Source: Patescibacteria group bacterium (GTDB taxonomy: Bacteria; Patescibacteriota; Patescibacteriia; Patescibacteriales; WJLG01). From it: DNA of 64,000 bases. Shown here piece after piece: positions 1 to 8,462 of the stretch; positions within the stretch are counted from its first letter, which is position 1, and every line of letters begins with the position of its first letter. Under the pieces are notes generated by a model. It did no database searches. It worked only from the letters and a program-made list of their open reading frames with translations, and was not told the origin of the DNA. The DNA lies in contig JAQUPS010000005.1 in assembly GCA_028716485.1 (NCBI GenBank), forward strand, positions 3,666-67,665, in the 5' to 3' direction. Both the position numbers and the translations under genes were made by a program.

Positions 1-1
1 T

Positions 2-1861
2 ATCACTTCCGAAGAAATTTATTATCAGTCGCAGGATTCTCTGTACAGTCAGCTGCGCGATAAATTGTTGGGTGAAATTGATTCGTCCTGGTGGCTGAAA
101 GATAAGAGCGGCAACTTCGTTTCCTTTTGGTCAAAGACGAGGATGCTTAATCTGACCGACGGCTCGGGAATGAATGGCTCCGGCCAGCGTTGGAACGATT
201 TTCTTCCGCAATTCGTTAATGACAACGTTATGTCCACCGGACTTTGGGATGGAGTTTTTTATGATAATGTCTGGCCGGATATTTCCTGGCTGAACGGCGG
301 CAATTTGGATGTTGATAATGACGGCCAAGCCGAAAGTAAAAGTGTTTTGGATAATGCCTGGGTAGCGGGCAATAAAAAAATGATGGCCAATACGCAAGCG
401 CTTTTCGGTAATAAATATCTGGTTGTGGCCAACAGCCGGCGCGCACCGGCTTACCAGTTTTATCTGAACGGCATCATGCTGGAAAGTTTTCCCGCGCCCT
501 GGGAAGCTGGAGGTACCTGGGCAGGATCAATGAACACTTATGCCGATAACAAAAATTTTCTCAATCCTTATGTCGGAATTATCAACGCTAATACTGATAA
601 TAACTGGTCGCCGGATAATTACCATAAGATGCGTTTTTCTTTGGGCTCGGCGCTTCTGGGCAATGGCAGTTTTTCTTTTGATTTCGGCGTCAATGACCAT
701 TCGCAGACTTGGTGGTATGACGAATACCAAACGGCTTTGGGGAAAGCAGTAGCCGAACCGATAAATATTTTGGATAAAAATAATAAAACTTATAAAAAAG
801 GATTATGGCGGCGCGATTTTCAAAACGGCATCGCGGTGGTCAACTCGACTGATCAAACGCAGAATTACGCCTTCACTGACGAAGCTTTCAATAAATTGAG
901 CGGCCAGCAAGACCCGATTGTCAATAACGGTTCGCGAGTGAATCTGGTGAGTATTGCCGCGCGCGACGCGGTGATTTTGCTCGGCGATTTATCCAGTCGG
1001 AAAATTCCGGCTGCGAATCAGTTTGCGCCTATTCTTCCGGCCGCTCAGCCGGTTTCTACTGGCAAAACCACGGAGAATATAATCAAGGAAGCGGTTTTTA
1101 AGAATGGCATGTTTTTCCGGAGTTTTGACCAGGCCGGCAATCAAACCCGCAATGGTTGGTTCGCTTATGACAGCCGTTATCCGGGCGGAGCGCAAATTAT
1201 TTCTGCCGATATCGATAATGACGGCGTCAACGAAACTTTGGCCGCGAGCAATGGCGTAATCACGATTTATCGCGGCGCGAAAATATTAAAAACCTTTCAG
1301 CCGTTTGACGGCAGATTCAAAGGGGATATCTCATTGGCTATCGCCGATTTGAACGGCAACGGCCAGAAGCAATTGGTCATCGGCGCCGGAGCCGGCGGCG
1401 GCCCGCAGGTGCGGATTTTCAGCACTGACGGGCGTTTGCTTTCCGGCGGATTTTTCGCCTATGATCGCAACTTCCGCGGCGGAGTCAATGTGGCGGCGGT
1501 TGATTATAATAATGACGGCCGCGATGAGATAATTACCGGCGCCGGAGCCGGCGGCGGCCCGCAGGTGCGGATTTTCAATAAGGATGGCAAGGTTTTGGGC
1601 GGTTTTTTCGCCTATGACAAGAATTCCCGCTCCGGCGTTTCGGTTTCGGCTGGAAATGTTTCGGGAAACGGCGAAAAGCAAATTATCACCGGAGCCGGTT
1701 CGGGAGCTTTGCCGCAAGCGAGGGTTTGGGATAAATTCGGCCATTTGATTTCGCAATTTTTGGCTTATGATAAAAATTCGACTAGCGGCCTGACCATTGT
1801 TGCCGCCGATATCGATAACAGCGGCCAAGATGAAATTTTAGCGGGAAGCACGGCGTATTAA
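2..1861 (+). CDS. FG-GAP/VCBS-repeat surface protein (5' end outside window)
   Basis: The frame is open from nt 2, so the listed TTG at 65 is internal. The C-terminal half carries repeated FG-GAP-like units (DIDNDGVNE; DLNGNGQKQLVIGAGAGGGPQVRIF; DYNNDGRDEIITGAGAGGGPQVRIF; ADIDNSGQDEIL). The N-terminal part resembles glycoside-hydrolase-like domains (tentative). Confidence 0.75.
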   Translation: MTSEEIYYQSQDSLYSQLRDKLLGEIDSSWWLKDKSGNFVSFWSKTRMLNLTDGSGMNGSGQRWNDFLPQFVNDNVMSTGLWDGVFYDNVWPDISWLNGGNLDVDNDGQAESKSVLDNAWVAGNKKMMANTQALFGNKYLVVANSRRAPAYQFYLNGIMLESFPAPWEAGGTWAGSMNTYADNKNFLNPYVGIINANTDNNWSPDNYHKMRFSLGSALLGNGSFSFDFGVNDHSQTWWYDEYQTALGKAVAEPINILDKNNKTYKKGLWRRDFQNGIAVVNSTDQTQNYAFTDEAFNKLSGQQDPIVNNGSRVNLVSIAARDAVILLGDLSSRKIPAANQFAPILPAAQPVSTGKTTENIIKEAVFKNGMFFRSFDQAGNQTRNGWFAYDSRYPGGAQIISADIDNDGVNETLAASNGVITIYRGAKILKTFQPFDGRFKGDISLAIADLNGNGQKQLVIGAGAGGGPQVRIFSTDGRLLSGGFFAYDRNFRGGVNVAAVDYNNDGRDEIITGAGAGGGPQVRIFNKDGKVLGGFFAYDKNSRSGVSVSAGNVSGNGEKQIITGAGSGALPQARVWDKFGHLISQFLAYDKNSTSGLTIVAADIDNSGQDEILAGSTAY

Positions 1862-1870
1862 ATTAAGAAT

Positions 1871-1904
1871 TTCCGCCAAAGGCGGATCAGCCCTTGGCTG
1901 AAAG
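1871..1904. repeat. twin-hairpin miniature element, copy 1
   Basis: CCGCCaaaGGCGG-at-CAGCCcttGGCTG. It is flanked by the 10-bp direct repeat AATTAAGAAT at 1861-1870 and 1905-1914. Confidence 0.7.
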
Positions 1905-1972
1905 AATTAAGAATGTCTATCGTTAATGAATGGCCAAGATAATAAATAAGCTATATAATTAATAATAACCAT

Positions 1973-3904
1973 ATGGACAAAGAAAATAAGAAAAATTTGG
2001 CGGAAGAAAGCGGAGATGATAAAAATTTGCCGGTAATCGTGGCTCAAGAAGTGGAGCCCGCTTACGCAAAAGCTTCGGCGGACAAGCGCGAAAAAGATGA
2101 AGCCATTGAATTGGCCGGGGGCAAGCTTGATGTCAAAAAAAGCGGCAACATCATCATCGGCACGATCAATGTGATGGCCAGGCCGATAACCGAGCATTTG
2201 AAAAACCGCCACGAAAGATTTTATCGCGACAGCAAGTTCCATCTGGTAGCCGATATTGTTTTCGTTTTGGCTATTTTAGGATTAGTATTCACTGCCGTCT
2301 ATCTTCTTAATCTCCGGCCCAAGGCGCAGATCGATTTGCAGATTTCAACCGTTTCCGACAATGTGCAAAGCGGCCAAGGCGAAACTTTCGTCGTCCAATA
2401 TAAGAATAACAGCAAGATGGATATCAAAGCGGCCACGCTCTCTTTGGTTTTCCCGAAAAATTTTACCTTGCAGGCTGTCAATCCGCAAAATATTTGGTCT
2501 GATCAAACTAACACTTTTACCATCGGCGATCTGCCCCGCGGCGCCAACGGCAAGGTTAAATTTACCGGCGTGCCCCAAGGAGTTGTCGGAACAGACCAGA
2601 CTATCAATTATTCTTTAAATTATTCGGAAAACGGCCGGACAGCCAACACGCTTGGCTCGTATATGTTCACGCTGGAATCTTCCGTCTTGCGCCTAAGCTT
2701 TGATGCGCCGAAACAAATCTACCAAAATCTTGATTTTGCCGGAAATATCAATTTGAAAAATACCGGCCAGGCCGATGTGGCCGGAGAAATTGATCTGTTT
2801 TTTGCCAACAGCCCGATAATCATCAAGAGTATTTCCTCGGACGCGGCCAATCTGGTCAATGGCGTTATCATCGTGAATGGTTTGAAGGCCGGACAAAGCG
2901 CGGCGATTGAATATGAGGCGTCAACCGACGCAGGCGGGGGGACAGTACCGGCGGTTCTGGAAGCTGATTTGAATTTGGGCGGGCAGAAAATGAAACAAGC
3001 AAGCGCCGATTTGAATCTTAATGTAACGGTGCCGAAATTCGGCGTCACTATTTCGTCAGATAAAAATGTCATCAACAGTGAAGACACGGTTAATTTTAAA
3101 TTGAATTTTATCAATAAAGAAGGGGCGGCAATTAACAGCTCGACGCTGACAATTATGCCCGCCGACAGCGCCGCGGTAATTAAGAACCTGACGCTGGCTA
3201 ACGGAGCGGATAAATATAAAATCAGCGGCAATACGATCGCTTTGGGAAATTTATCGGTTGGCCAATCAGGCGAACTGGATTTTTCCGCTCGGCTTTCCCG
3301 CCAGACCATCAGCGCCAGCCAGCAAACCGGAATTGTCGCCAATGTAAATTATCAGGTGAACGGCCGCGCGGTTGAATACCAGATGTTCAGTCCGAAGATT
3401 AAATTCTTATCCGATTTGCAGATCGGTTCCAAGGGGCTTTATTACAGCGCGCAAGGCGACCAGCTCGGCATCGGCCCTCTGCCGCCGGTAGTGGACGCGC
3501 CGACTCGTTATTGGATATTCTGGGAAATAAATAATTCCGGCAATGAATTGAAAAATTTGGCTGTCAGCGCGGATTTGCCGGCCAATGTCGGCTGGACCAA
3601 TCAGAAAACGGTTTTAGCCGGCGATGTCCGCTACGGCGAAATCAGCCACAAGGTTGTTTGGACGGTTGATGATATTGCCGCCTCGGGCGGAAATTATCGC
3701 GTTGGTTTTGAAATCGAATTAATCCCGACCGCCGCCGATTTGGGCAAAGTCCCGGCGCTCATTTCCAATATCCGATATAGCGCCACGGATTCTTTTGCCA
3801 ATCAGGAAATTTCCGGTTCGCTTTCCGATATTAATGCCAATTTGAAAGATGACCCGTCCGTTTCGGGGAAGGGGACGGTCATCCAGTTGAAAATAGTAAA
3901 GTAG
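1973..3904 (+). CDS. membrane-anchored hypothetical protein with repetitive extracellular region (DUF11/CARDB-like, tentative)
   Basis: 643-aa ORF with a charged N-terminus, then one hydrophobic helix (FHLVADIVFVLAILGLVFTAVYLL), then a long S/T/N/G-rich repetitive part. Confidence 0.6.
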   Translation: MDKENKKNLAEESGDDKNLPVIVAQEVEPAYAKASADKREKDEAIELAGGKLDVKKSGNIIIGTINVMARPITEHLKNRHERFYRDSKFHLVADIVFVLAILGLVFTAVYLLNLRPKAQIDLQISTVSDNVQSGQGETFVVQYKNNSKMDIKAATLSLVFPKNFTLQAVNPQNIWSDQTNTFTIGDLPRGANGKVKFTGVPQGVVGTDQTINYSLNYSENGRTANTLGSYMFTLESSVLRLSFDAPKQIYQNLDFAGNINLKNTGQADVAGEIDLFFANSPIIIKSISSDAANLVNGVIIVNGLKAGQSAAIEYEASTDAGGGTVPAVLEADLNLGGQKMKQASADLNLNVTVPKFGVTISSDKNVINSEDTVNFKLNFINKEGAAINSSTLTIMPADSAAVIKNLTLANGADKYKISGNTIALGNLSVGQSGELDFSARLSRQTISASQQTGIVANVNYQVNGRAVEYQMFSPKIKFLSDLQIGSKGLYYSAQGDQLGIGPLPPVVDAPTRYWIFWEINNSGNELKNLAVSADLPANVGWTNQKTVLAGDVRYGEISHKVVWTVDDIAASGGNYRVGFEIELIPTAADLGKVPALISNIRYSATDSFANQEISGSLSDINANLKDDPSVSGKGTVIQLKIVK

Positions 3905-3935
3905 AAAGTTATAAAGTGTTATTCTCTATGTGATA

Positions 3936-3975
3936 ATAAAAAATCACCCCGAAGTTAATCAGGGTGATTTTTTTG
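3936..3975. terminator. bidirectional intrinsic terminator
   Basis: An A-run, the stem ATCACCC(3943-3949)/GGGTGAT(3962-3968) and a T-run lie between convergent genes (3904 + and 3993 -). Confidence 0.75.
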
Positions 3976-3992
3976 TCTATTTAAAAAAGGTA

Positions 3993-4190
3993 TTAAGCTT
4001 TTCTAACTTGAGAAGCGGCCGGACCTTTCGGGGTCTCGCCGAGTTCGAAAGTGACAGCGTCACCTTCTCTCAATTCGCTGAAGTCGACTCCTTCCAAGCT
4101 CGAAGCGTGGAAAAACAGATCTTTGCTGCCGTCGGCAGGAGTGATGAAACCAAAGTTTCTGTCAGTCAATTTTTTGATGGATCCTTGCAT
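3993..4190 (-). CDS. cspA: cold-shock protein (CspA family)
   Basis: 65 aa. MQGSIKKLTDRNFGFITPADGSKDLFFHASSL carries the RNP1-like motif (FGFI) and an RNP2-like motif (LFFHAS, vs canonical VFVHFS). Confidence 0.9.
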   Translation of the reverse strand: MQGSIKKLTDRNFGFITPADGSKDLFFHASSLEGVDFSELREGDAVTFELGETPKGPAASQVRKA

Positions 4191-4306
4191 GTAAATGTAA
4201 AAATCAAGTTTGTTAATTAGTTTTAGCGCCGGAAATTCGACTTGCTTCCCTTAACGCTATCTTCGAATTCATTTAATGAATTCGGTCAGTTTTAGCTAAC
4301 ATAGTA

Positions 4307-4335
4307 AGTATAGCATAAAGAAATTGAGGTGTCAA
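4307..4335 (-). promoter_or_regulatory. sigma70-type promoter of csp with long 5' UTR
   Basis: On the minus strand this reads TTGACA-17 nt-TATACT. It leaves a ~110-nt leader before the ATG at 4190, as is typical for cspA-type genes. Confidence 0.6.
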
Positions 4336-4395
4336 TGGTTTTTGCTTTTTGGCCGATTTATAAGGTAAAAATGGCATATTTGTTAAGTATTAAGT

Positions 4396-4424
4396 TTGAC
4401 AATAAATATTAATAGTATTATAAT
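4396..4424 (+). promoter_or_regulatory. consensus sigma70 promoter
   Basis: TTGACA (4396-4401), a 17-nt spacer, then TATAAT (4419-4424), located ~40 nt upstream of the methyltransferase ATG. Confidence 0.7.
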
Positions 4425-4466
4425 GCTTTTAACAAATTAATCGCTCTTTTTAGAAAGGAATATCAA

Positions 4467-5099
4467 ATGATGCCAAGATTCAAGTCAATAACCGAGTATT
4501 ACAATCATGCCGCTGAGTATTATGATGACGCCATAGATGAGTTTAAGGTTAATACTCAGGCCATTTTCGAATTCGTGAACAGGTATTTTCATGATGAGTT
4601 AAGTGGAAGATTATTAGATGTTTGTTGCGGCACTGGCGATGCTTCCCGTCAATTCGCGCGACAGGGAATGAAGATATACGGGGTAGACAATTCTCCCGGG
4701 ATGCTCGAAGTATTCAAGCAAAAAAATTTTTCTGTTGATTCACGGCTTGTCGATGTCATGGAGAATGATTTACCCTATCAAAATCAATTTTTCGACATTG
4801 CTATTTCCAATGGGGCATTCTGCATAATCCCTTCGCTTGATAAAATAATATCCGAGGCGGGCAGAGTTTTGAAAAGCAGAGGAATCTTTTGCTTCTCGGC
4901 TGAAAATATCAACCGCCCGAGTCCGGCCATGTTCACGCGCTCAAATATGCAAATTTATCGGCATAGCGCGGAATATTTGGAGAAATTATTGGAAAAATCC
5001 GGTTTTAACTTGATTGACAGACTGAATTTTATTTATCAAGTAAGCGTCTTCGACGGTTCGATAACGATATTTACGGCCGTGCTGTGCCGAAAGAATTGA
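4467..5099 (+). CDS. class I SAM-dependent methyltransferase
   Basis: Motif I LLDVCCGTGDASRQF, followed by GVDNSPGML and FDIAISNGAF. Confidence 0.8.
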   Translation: MMPRFKSITEYYNHAAEYYDDAIDEFKVNTQAIFEFVNRYFHDELSGRLLDVCCGTGDASRQFARQGMKIYGVDNSPGMLEVFKQKNFSVDSRLVDVMENDLPYQNQFFDIAISNGAFCIIPSLDKIISEAGRVLKSRGIFCFSAENINRPSPAMFTRSNMQIYRHSAEYLEKLLEKSGFNLIDRLNFIYQVSVFDGSITIFTAVLCRKN

Positions 5100-5249
5100 T
5101 AAGTTAAGGGGTTAGACGAAAACGTCCGACCCTTTTTAAATCGAGCTAACTATCATTGACTGATTATCGAGTTTTGTTTATAGTATTACTAAATCAATGA
5201 AGGATTTTTTTAAATCGAAAATCAAAAATCACAATTCAAAAATAAAAAC

Positions 5250-5271
5250 GGTCCCTTCGTCTAACGGTTAG
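5250..5271 (+). pseudogene. tRNA-Glu-like 5' fragment A (acceptor + D-arm only)
   Basis: GGTCCCT TC GTCT AACGGTTA G matches the 5' end of the tRNA copies B and C downstream. The homology then breaks into a twin hairpin. Confidence 0.6.
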
Positions 5272-5308
5272 TGCCGACGCAAGGTCGGCATCCCGACTTT
5301 ACGTCGGG
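5272..5308. repeat. twin GC hairpin (related to the twin-hairpin family)
   Basis: TGCCGAC-gcaag-GTCGGCA, T, CCCGAC-tttac-GTCGGG. Confidence 0.6.
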
Positions 5309-5324
5309 AGACACCTTTTATGAA

Positions 5325-5478
5325 ATGGCATACGCTTATATATTAAAAACGGCCAAGGGAACTTATTACGTTGGAAGCACTGACCAGGGCCGATGCCCAG
5401 AAAAAAGAATATAAAATAAAAAGTTGGAAAAGCAGAAAGATGATTGAAGGAATTATTAAGCTTGGCCCGTTCGTCTAA
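5325..5478 (+). pseudogene. GIY-YIG nuclease remnant (internal deletion + frameshift)
   Basis: The N-terminus MAYAYILKTAKGTYYVGSTD (GIY-YIG motif) stops at 5414. The +1 frame continues as ..AQKKEYKIKSWKSRKMIEGIIKLGPFV*, which matches the C-terminus of the family. Its stop TAA (5476-5478) lies in the D-loop of tRNA fragment B. Confidence 0.65.
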
Positions 5479-5535
5479 CGGTAAGGACATCAGGTTCTTC
5501 AGCCAGAGGCTGACCACCCTCTGGGTGGCATCCTG
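5464..5535 (+). pseudogene. tRNA-Glu-like 5' half B with hairpin insertion in anticodon loop, 3' truncated
   Basis: GGCCCGT TC GTCT AACGGTAA GGAC A TCAGG TTCT[30-nt twin hairpin]CAT CCTG. No T-arm or 3' acceptor follows. Confidence 0.6.
5497..5530. repeat. twin-hairpin miniature element, copy 2 (inside tRNA-like loop)
   Basis: CAGCCagaGGCTG-a-CCACCCtctGGGTGG. Confidence 0.65.
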
Positions 5536-5548
5536 CCAATTTTAATCT

Positions 5549-5806
5549 ATGTGGTTTGTGTATTTAATACAAAGTAAAAAAGATTATACTTTTTATATCG
5601 GGTATACCGATGACATGAGAAGAAGATTAAAAGAACATAATGAGGGACGAACAAAATCAATTAAACATAAAGTTCCATTTGTCTTAAAATATTGTGAAAT
5701 TTATTGCAATAAAACAGTCGCAAGAAAAAGAGAGCTGGAATTAAAAAATAACAGTTTTAAAAAGAAAGAATTATTAGATAGGATTAAACATGCCGCCATC
5801 GTCTAG
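5549..5806 (+). CDS. GIY-YIG nuclease family protein (small stand-alone type)
   Basis: 85 aa. MWFVYLIQSKKDYTFYIGYTDDMRRRLKEHNEG carries the GIY-(x)-YIG motif plus R..L.EHN. The last 5 codons overlap tRNA-Glu, and the stop TAG sits in its D-loop. Confidence 0.85.
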   Translation: MWFVYLIQSKKDYTFYIGYTDDMRRRLKEHNEGRTKSIKHKVPFVLKYCEIYCNKTVARKRELELKNNSFKKKELLDRIKHAAIV

Positions 5807-5863
5807 TGGCTAGGACATAAGGTTCTCATCCTTAAAACCGGGGTTCAATTCCCCGTGGCGGTA
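5792..5863 (+). tRNA. tRNA-Glu(CUC)
   Basis: Hand-folded 72-nt cloverleaf: acceptor GCCGCCA/TGGCGGT; D arm GTCT-AGTGGCTA-GGAC; anticodon arm TAAGG-TTCTCAT-CCTTA; T arm CGGGG-TTCAATT-CCCCG. No CCA is encoded. Confidence 0.85.
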
Positions 5864-5868
5864 CGAAA

Positions 5869-5959
5869 AGCATATTCGTTAAATTAGGTTCTTCAGCCAG
5901 AGGCTGACCACCCCCTGGGCGGCATCCTGATAAGAGGAGTTCGATTCTCCCATGGACTA
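5869..5959 (+). pseudogene. tRNA-like copy D (degenerate 5' half, hairpin insertion, intact T-arm)
   Basis: AGCATAT TC GTT AAA TTAGG TTCT[twin hairpin]CAT CCTGA TAAG AGGAG TTCGATT CTCCC ATGGACT A. The D-arm is largely deleted and the acceptor pairs at only 5 of 7 positions. Confidence 0.55.
5891..5924. repeat. twin-hairpin miniature element, copy 3 (inside tRNA-like loop)
   Basis: CAGCCagaGGCTG-a-CCACCCcctGGGCGG. Confidence 0.65.
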
Positions 5960-5988
5960 CGGAATTTTAATTAACTAAACCATATCTT

Positions 5989-6567
5989 ATGCCTAAAAAA
6001 ATTACGGGATTGGCGGCAGTTTTATTTACCGCCGTTTTATTGGTTAGCGGCTGTTCAGCTCCTTGGGCTAAACAACCGGTACAGCCGATTGTCGGCAATG
6101 ACCGCGACGCGCACGGCTGTATCGGCTCGGCCGGATATTCCTGGTGCGAACTGAAGCAAAAATGTTTGCGGCCCTGGGAAGAGGCTTGCGCCAGCAAGCC
6201 CGCGCCAGCCACATCCACCATAATCACTTATTTGATTTCTAAAGAAGATCCGCTGAAGTATTGCAATGGCGGCGATATGAACAGCGATGCCTATCGGAAA
6301 ACTATAACCGCAGAAATGTCATCTACTACGCCGGAAATCAATTTGACCGAAGCGCAGTTGGCCAAAGACACGGCGATTCTGGCAACGAGCGGCATGTGCC
6401 AGACGGTTTTGAAACAACTTCCTGATTTTACCGTGGCGAGCGGAACGGTGGAAATTCCACCCATCAGCGGCTGGGCCGGCGTGTCAATCGTAATGTGCTA
6501 TTGCCAGCCGCAAGTGGAAGTCAATCTGCTGCGTTTGCCCGGTATTACGAAAGTCGTCTGGAAATAA
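5989..6567 (+). CDS. putative lipoprotein
   Basis: Signal peptide with lipobox: MPKKITGLAAVLFTAVLLVSGC|SAP. No recognisable catalytic motif. Confidence 0.6.
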   Translation: MPKKITGLAAVLFTAVLLVSGCSAPWAKQPVQPIVGNDRDAHGCIGSAGYSWCELKQKCLRPWEEACASKPAPATSTIITYLISKEDPLKYCNGGDMNSDAYRKTITAEMSSTTPEINLTEAQLAKDTAILATSGMCQTVLKQLPDFTVASGTVEIPPISGWAGVSIVMCYCQPQVEVNLLRLPGITKVVWK

Positions 6568-6702
6568 TAAAATAATAGTTTAAAAAACTTCCACGTTAAT
6601 GCGGAAGTTTTTTGTTTAAAAGATTGTCAACATCTTTGCCACTTTTTTTCAAAAAAAAGTGGCGCAAAAAAATGCTTGCCATACGGAAATTCATTTATTT
6701 TA

Positions 6703-7656
6703 TTATTTTAAAATTGTTCCGATAAAGTCGGCGTGGCCGCGCAGGAATTCTTCGGCCGAAAGCGGTTTCCCGCCCTCTAATTGCAGCTTTTTTATAATCA
6801 ACGCATCCTTGCCGCATTGAACAGCTATTTTATCATTATCCAAAAAAGTTTCCCCGGCCTTAAATTTATTTATTGGTAAAATCGTATTTTCAGCCTCTAA
6901 AATTTTAATAATTATTAATTCTTTATTCTTAATTATTAATTGGCCGAAGGCCGAAGGCCACGGCGTGAACGCCCTTACTTTTCGTTCAATTTCCACCGCC
7001 GGTTTCGACCAATCAATATGTCCGTCTTCTTTTTTTAATTCTCGCGCGTAAGTGACGGATTTTTCATCTTGCGGTTTCAATTCCATAACGCCCGCGGCGA
7101 AGGCTTTCAAGGTTTCCGGCAGCATTTTCGCGCCGAGCGCGGCCAATTCATCATGCAGAGTCGCGGCAGTTTCATTTTTTAAGATATTTATTTTCATCTG
7201 CGCAATGATCGGCCCGGTATCTAATCCAGCATCCATTTTCATAATCGTCACTCCGGTTTCCGTATCGCCGGCCAAAATCGGAGCCTGGATTACGGCCGCA
7301 CCCCGCCAGCGGGGGAGCAGGGAGGCGTGAATATTGACGCAGCCGTATTTGGGAATATCCAAAATATTTTGCGGAATTATTTGGCCGTAAGCGATGACGA
7401 TGATAAAATCCGGCTGAAGCGCGGCAATTTCATCTTTAATATCTTTTATTTTTTTCGGCTGTAAAATTTTAATCTTATTTTCCGTCGCGACCGTCTTGAC
7501 CGGCGGGGGAGTGAGCGTTTGCTTTCGGCCGACCGGCTTGTCTTCCTGGGTGATGACTGCGACAATATCAAAATCAGCGTCCGCAATCAGCGCCTTAAGC
7601 GCGGGAACGGCAAAGTCCGGCGTGCCGGCAAAGATTATTTTAAATTTATTTTTCAT
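6703..7656 (-). CDS. fmt: methionyl-tRNA formyltransferase
   Basis: MKNKFKIIFAGTPDFAVPALKAL..., HASLLPRWRGAAVIQAPI. The start is placed at the ATG at 7656, because the longer ORF would begin inside the 7672-7697 hairpin. Confidence 0.9.
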   Translation of the reverse strand: MKNKFKIIFAGTPDFAVPALKALIADADFDIVAVITQEDKPVGRKQTLTPPPVKTVATENKIKILQPKKIKDIKDEIAALQPDFIIVIAYGQIIPQNILDIPKYGCVNIHASLLPRWRGAAVIQAPILAGDTETGVTIMKMDAGLDTGPIIAQMKINILKNETAATLHDELAALGAKMLPETLKAFAAGVMELKPQDEKSVTYARELKKEDGHIDWSKPAVEIERKVRAFTPWPSAFGQLIIKNKELIIIKILEAENTILPINKFKAGETFLDNDKIAVQCGKDALIIKKLQLEGGKPLSAEEFLRGHADFIGTILK

Positions 7657-7671
7657 ATACGTTATTAATAA

Positions 7672-7697
7672 TGTCATCCCCGCGAAGGCGGGGATGA
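7672..7697. repeat. perfect 11-bp GC-rich hairpin
   Basis: GTCATCCCCGC-gaag-GCGGGGATGAC in the divergent spacer between fmt and dedA. Confidence 0.7.
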
Positions 7698-7767
7698 CAG
7701 ATGGACGGGGGCTTCAGAATAGTTGGAGGCGGTTGCGTCTTATTCCAATTATACTTATAATGTTTGT

Positions 7768-8442
7768 ATGCTTAATTTTATAAATAACTTAATAAATATT
7801 TTTGGACATTTCGGCTATCAGGGCATTGTTTTCTTGATGGCCTTGGAAAGCTCGATTATTCCCGTGCCGTCCGAATTGGTAATCCCGCCGGCCGGTATTT
7901 TGGCGGCCAGAGGAGAAATGAATTTGCTTATCGTAATCATTGCCGGAGTGGCCGGCAGTCTGATCGGCGCGATTTTGAGCTATTGGGTTTCCTGGCTGTT
8001 GGGCCGGGCGGTAATTCTGATTTTGGCTGATCATAAAATCGCGAAAATCTTGCAGATTACTCCGGCGAAAGTGGAGAAAGCGGAAAAATTTTTCTTGAAA
8101 TACGGCTCGGTTTCGGTTTTCGTCGGCCGCTTATTGCCGGTTATCCGCCATCTGATTTCCATTCCGGCCGGATTTTCCAAAATGAATTTTAGCAAATTCG
8201 TTTTTTATACTTTCGCCGGTTCGGCCATCTGGGTAACTGTTTTGGCCGTGGGCGGCTATTATCTTGGCGCCGAAACTGAACTGATTGCCGAGAATTTTAA
8301 AATGATCGTCGAAGTCCTTATCATCGTCGCAATTTTAGCTGGAATATTTTACTGGATATACGCAAGACGCCAGAAAATCCGCGGTAAACTTAATGCTAAT
8401 CTCGCGAATGATGCGGATGCCGCGAATATTGAAAAAAAATAA
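7768..8442 (+). CDS. DedA family membrane protein
   Basis: ESSIIPVPSELVIPPAG..., GRLLPVIRHLISIPAG. Multiple TM helices. The start is placed at MLNFINNL. Confidence 0.8.
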   Translation: MLNFINNLINIFGHFGYQGIVFLMALESSIIPVPSELVIPPAGILAARGEMNLLIVIIAGVAGSLIGAILSYWVSWLLGRAVILILADHKIAKILQITPAKVEKAEKFFLKYGSVSVFVGRLLPVIRHLISIPAGFSKMNFSKFVFYTFAGSAIWVTVLAVGGYYLGAETELIAENFKMIVEVLIIVAILAGIFYWIYARRQKIRGKLNANLANDADAANIEKK

Positions 8443-8462
8443 TTTATTTGACTTCAAATTTT

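Noticed and set aside
5250-5959. Nanoarchaeum-style split tRNA genes joined in trans
   Set aside because: The sequences following the 5' halves and preceding the 3' half are not complementary to each other. The pieces look like decayed duplicates around insertions rather than a functional split-gene system.
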